Assembly: GCF_003334255.1 (NCBI RefSeq)
Contig: NZ_QOWU01000169.1
Source of the DNA: Escherichia coli
GTDB lineage: Bacteria; Pseudomonadota; Gammaproteobacteria; Enterobacterales; Enterobacteriaceae
Reading direction: 5' to 3' (one strand)
DNA length: 1,249 nt
Each line of letters begins with the position of its first letter. Position 1 is the first letter of the stretch. The notes beneath the pieces were generated by a model. That model worked only from the letters and a program-made list of their open reading frames with translations. It searched no databases and had not been told where the DNA came from. Positions 1 through 1,249 of this stretch are shown in pieces. A program made the position numbers and the translations under genes.

Positions 1-277
1 ATACATGATCAAATACTCCTTACATAAATAAGGTGAACAAATGGAACTTAAAAAATTGATGGAACATATTTCTATTACACCCGATTACAGACAAGCCTGG
101 AAAGTGGTGCATAAATTGTCAGATATTCTACTGTTGACTATTTGTGCCGTTATTTCTGGTGCAGAAGGTTGGGAAGATATAGAGGATTTCGGGGAAACAC
201 ATCTCGATTTTTTGAAGCAATATGGTGATTTTGAAAATGGTATTCCTGTTCACGATACCATTGCCAGAGTTGTATCC
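1..277 (+). repeat. Direct repeat copy A: 5' UTR plus first 79 codons of an ISAs1-family/H-rpt transposase gene; the repeat may extend upstream of the window
   Basis: Manual alignment of 1-277 against 381-657 (offset 380) gives 13 mismatches in 277 bp (~95% identity). Homology ends abruptly after position 277/657. The first 40 bp (1-40 vs 381-420) are identical. Confidence 0.9.
30..36 (+). promoter_or_regulatory. Shine-Dalgarno sequence (AAGGTGA) for the 41-295 ORF
   Basis: AGGTG core at 31-35, a 5-nt spacer, then ATG at 41. The identical motif sits before the copy B start. Confidence 0.6.
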
Positions 278-295
278 CAGGGAAAGATCACGTAA
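41..295 (+). CDS. Truncated ISAs1-family (H-repeat-associated) transposase N-terminal fragment, 84 aa; probably an inactive remnant
   Basis: ORF from the track ([84 protein letters not shown]). Residues 1-79 are collinear with the N-terminus of copy B. After codon 79 the sequence leaves the repeat and gives 5 unrelated residues (QGKIT) and TAA at 293-295. From memory the N-terminus resembles E. coli H-repeat-associated proteins (YhhI/YdcC/YbfL type); the 84-aa size is reminiscent of ybfQ, but this is unverified. Confidence 0.65.
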   Translation: MELKKLMEHISITPDYRQAWKVVHKLSDILLLTICAVISGAEGWEDIEDFGETHLDFLKQYGDFENGIPVHDTIARVVSQGKIT

Positions 296-380
296 CGCTA
301 CTTTTTTGTACTAAATAATTCGCATTTTATGTTTAAAAATTGAGATATTCCTTATTACCTAAAGCTGTTTTTCATAGCTT

Positions 381-657
381 ATACATGATCAAATACTCCT
401 TACATAAATAAGGTGAACAAATGGAACTTAAAAAATTGATGGAACATATTTCTATTATTCCCGATTACAGATAAGCCTGGAAAGTAGAGCATAAATTGTC
501 AGGCATCCTACTATTGACTATTTTTGCCGTTATTTCTGGTGCAGAAAGTTGGGAAGATATAGAGGATTTCGGGGAAACACATCTCGATTTCTTGAAGCAA
601 TATGGTGATTTTGAAAATGGTATTCCTGTTCACGATACTATTGCCAGAGTTGTATCC
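381..657 (+). repeat. Direct repeat copy B (partner of 1-277)
   Basis: Same alignment as copy A. Mismatches relative to copy A lie at copy-A positions 78, 79, 92, 106, 108, 123, 124, 127, 133, 144, 167, 211 and 259. Confidence 0.9.
410..416 (+). promoter_or_regulatory. Shine-Dalgarno sequence (AAGGTGA) for the copy B transposase start
   Basis: AGGTG at 411-415, a 5-nt spacer, then ATG at 421. Identical to the copy A site. Confidence 0.6.
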
Positions 658-1249
658 TGTATCAGTCCTGCAAAATTTCACGAGTGCTTTATTAACTGGA
701 TGCGTGATTGCCATTCATCAAATGATAAAGACGTCATTGCAATTGATGGAAAAACGCTCCGGCACTCTTATGACAAGAGTCGCCGCAGGGGAGCGATTCA
801 TGTCATTAGTGCGTTCTCAACAATGCACAGTCTGGTCATCGGGCAGATCAAGACGGATAAGAAATCCAATGAGATCACAGCTATCCCTGAACTTCTTAAC
901 ATGCTGGATATTAAAGGAAAAATCATCACAACTGATGCGATGGGTTGCCAGAAAGATATTGCAGAGAAGATACAAAAACAGGGAGGTGATTATTTATTCG
1001 CTGTAAAAGGAAACCAGGGGCGGCTTAATAAAGCCTTTGAGGAAAAATTTCCGCTGAAAGAATTAAATAATCCAGAGCATGACAGTTACGCAATGAGTGA
1101 AAAGAGTCACGGCAGAGAAGAAATCCGTCTTCATATTGTTTGCGATGTCCCTGATGAACTTATTGATTTCACGTTTGAATGGAAAGGGCTGAAGAAATTA
1201 TGCGTGGCAGTCTCCTTTCGGTCCATAATAGCAGAACAAAAGAAAGAGC
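421..1249 (+). pseudogene. ISAs1-family (H-repeat-associated) DDE transposase gene, interrupted by an in-frame TAA at codon 18 (472-474); 3' end lies beyond the window
   Basis: Frame-1 translation from ATG 421 reads [17 protein letters not shown] then stop (TAA at 472-474; copy A has CAA there). The same frame then stays open from 475 to the window end (about 258 codons): ...[258 protein letters not shown]. From memory this matches E. coli H-rpt ORF-H proteins (YhhI/YdcC/YbfL-like). Candidate DDE aspartates fall at 745-747 (VIAIDGK) and 934-936 (ITTDAMG); the catalytic Glu would lie beyond the window. The ORF track missed this frame because it has no stop inside the window. Confidence 0.8.

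Larger units (their letters stand above)
1..295 (+). mobile_element. Remnant of an ISAs1-family (H-rpt) element: 5' end only, with the transposase body deleted or replaced
   Basis: Only the first 277 bp of the element are shared with copy B. Downstream sequence (278-380) has no counterpart in the part of copy B visible here. Confidence 0.5.
381..1249 (+). mobile_element. Partial ISAs1-family insertion sequence (H-rpt element); left boundary at or upstream of 381, right end outside the window
   Basis: Contains the transposase gene with its upstream leader. Repeat homology with copy A starts exactly at 381, but the true element end cannot be fixed because copy A begins at the window edge. No terminal inverted repeat can be verified with the right end missing. 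Confidence 0.6.

Noticed and set aside
296-310. Possible rho-independent terminator (T-run 302-307) after the copy A stop codon
   Set aside because: There is no GC-rich stem-loop immediately upstream of the T-run; only a 3-bp CGT/ACG pairing can be drawn. It is not supportable as an intrinsic terminator.
300-420. Sigma70 promoter for copy B in the AT-rich spacer (e.g. TTGAGA at 341-346, TTGTAC at 307-312)
   Set aside because: No -35-like hexamer is paired with a credible -10 at 16-18 bp spacing. AT-rich sequence yields many weak matches by chance, so no promoter is called.
1-657. CRISPR-like or other structured repeat array
   Set aside because: There are only two repeat units, each 277 bp long and protein-coding, separated by 103 bp. 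This is a duplicated IS 5' region, not a CRISPR array or tandem satellite.
511-714. 67-aa ORF on the - strand
   Set aside because: It is antisense to the transposase coding frame, short, has no convincing RBS and looks low-complexity. Most likely a chance ORF.
602-1006. 134-aa ORF on the + strand from the six-frame track
   Set aside because: It is in the +2 frame and fully overlaps the +1 transposase frame, which is supported by collinearity with copy A, the synonymous-substitution pattern and family-typical motifs. The protein is Arg/Ser/Leu-rich in a way typical of an out-of-frame read-through and has no SD.
1-1249. A novel or previously undescribed system in this window
   Set aside because: All substantial sequence is accounted for by ISAs1-family/H-rpt transposase copies and a short junction. 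No additional ORF with independent support and no RNA gene or defence-system signature was found.

Overview
This window is dominated by two tandem, diverged copies of the 5' part of an ISAs1-family (H-repeat, 'H-rpt') transposase gene, both on the + strand; I see no evidence of a novel system. Copy A (1-277) keeps its Shine-Dalgarno and ATG and encodes an 84-aa truncated product (41-295) whose last 5 residues and stop come from unrelated sequence. A unique AT-rich 103-bp segment (278-380) follows. Copy B (381 to window end) is a near full-length transposase gene starting at 421 that runs off the 3' edge, but it carries an in-frame ochre stop at codon 18 (472-474), so I call it a pseudogene. 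The two copies are about 95% identical over 277 bp (13 mismatches by manual alignment). The ORF-track entries 602-1006 (+) and 511-714 (-) are out-of-frame or antisense overlaps of the transposase frame and are probably spurious. H-rpt elements are classically found in Rhs loci of E. coli and relatives, so the surrounding genome is the more promising place to look; this may be the ybfQ/ybfL-like region of an RhsC-type locus, but I cannot verify that without a database search.
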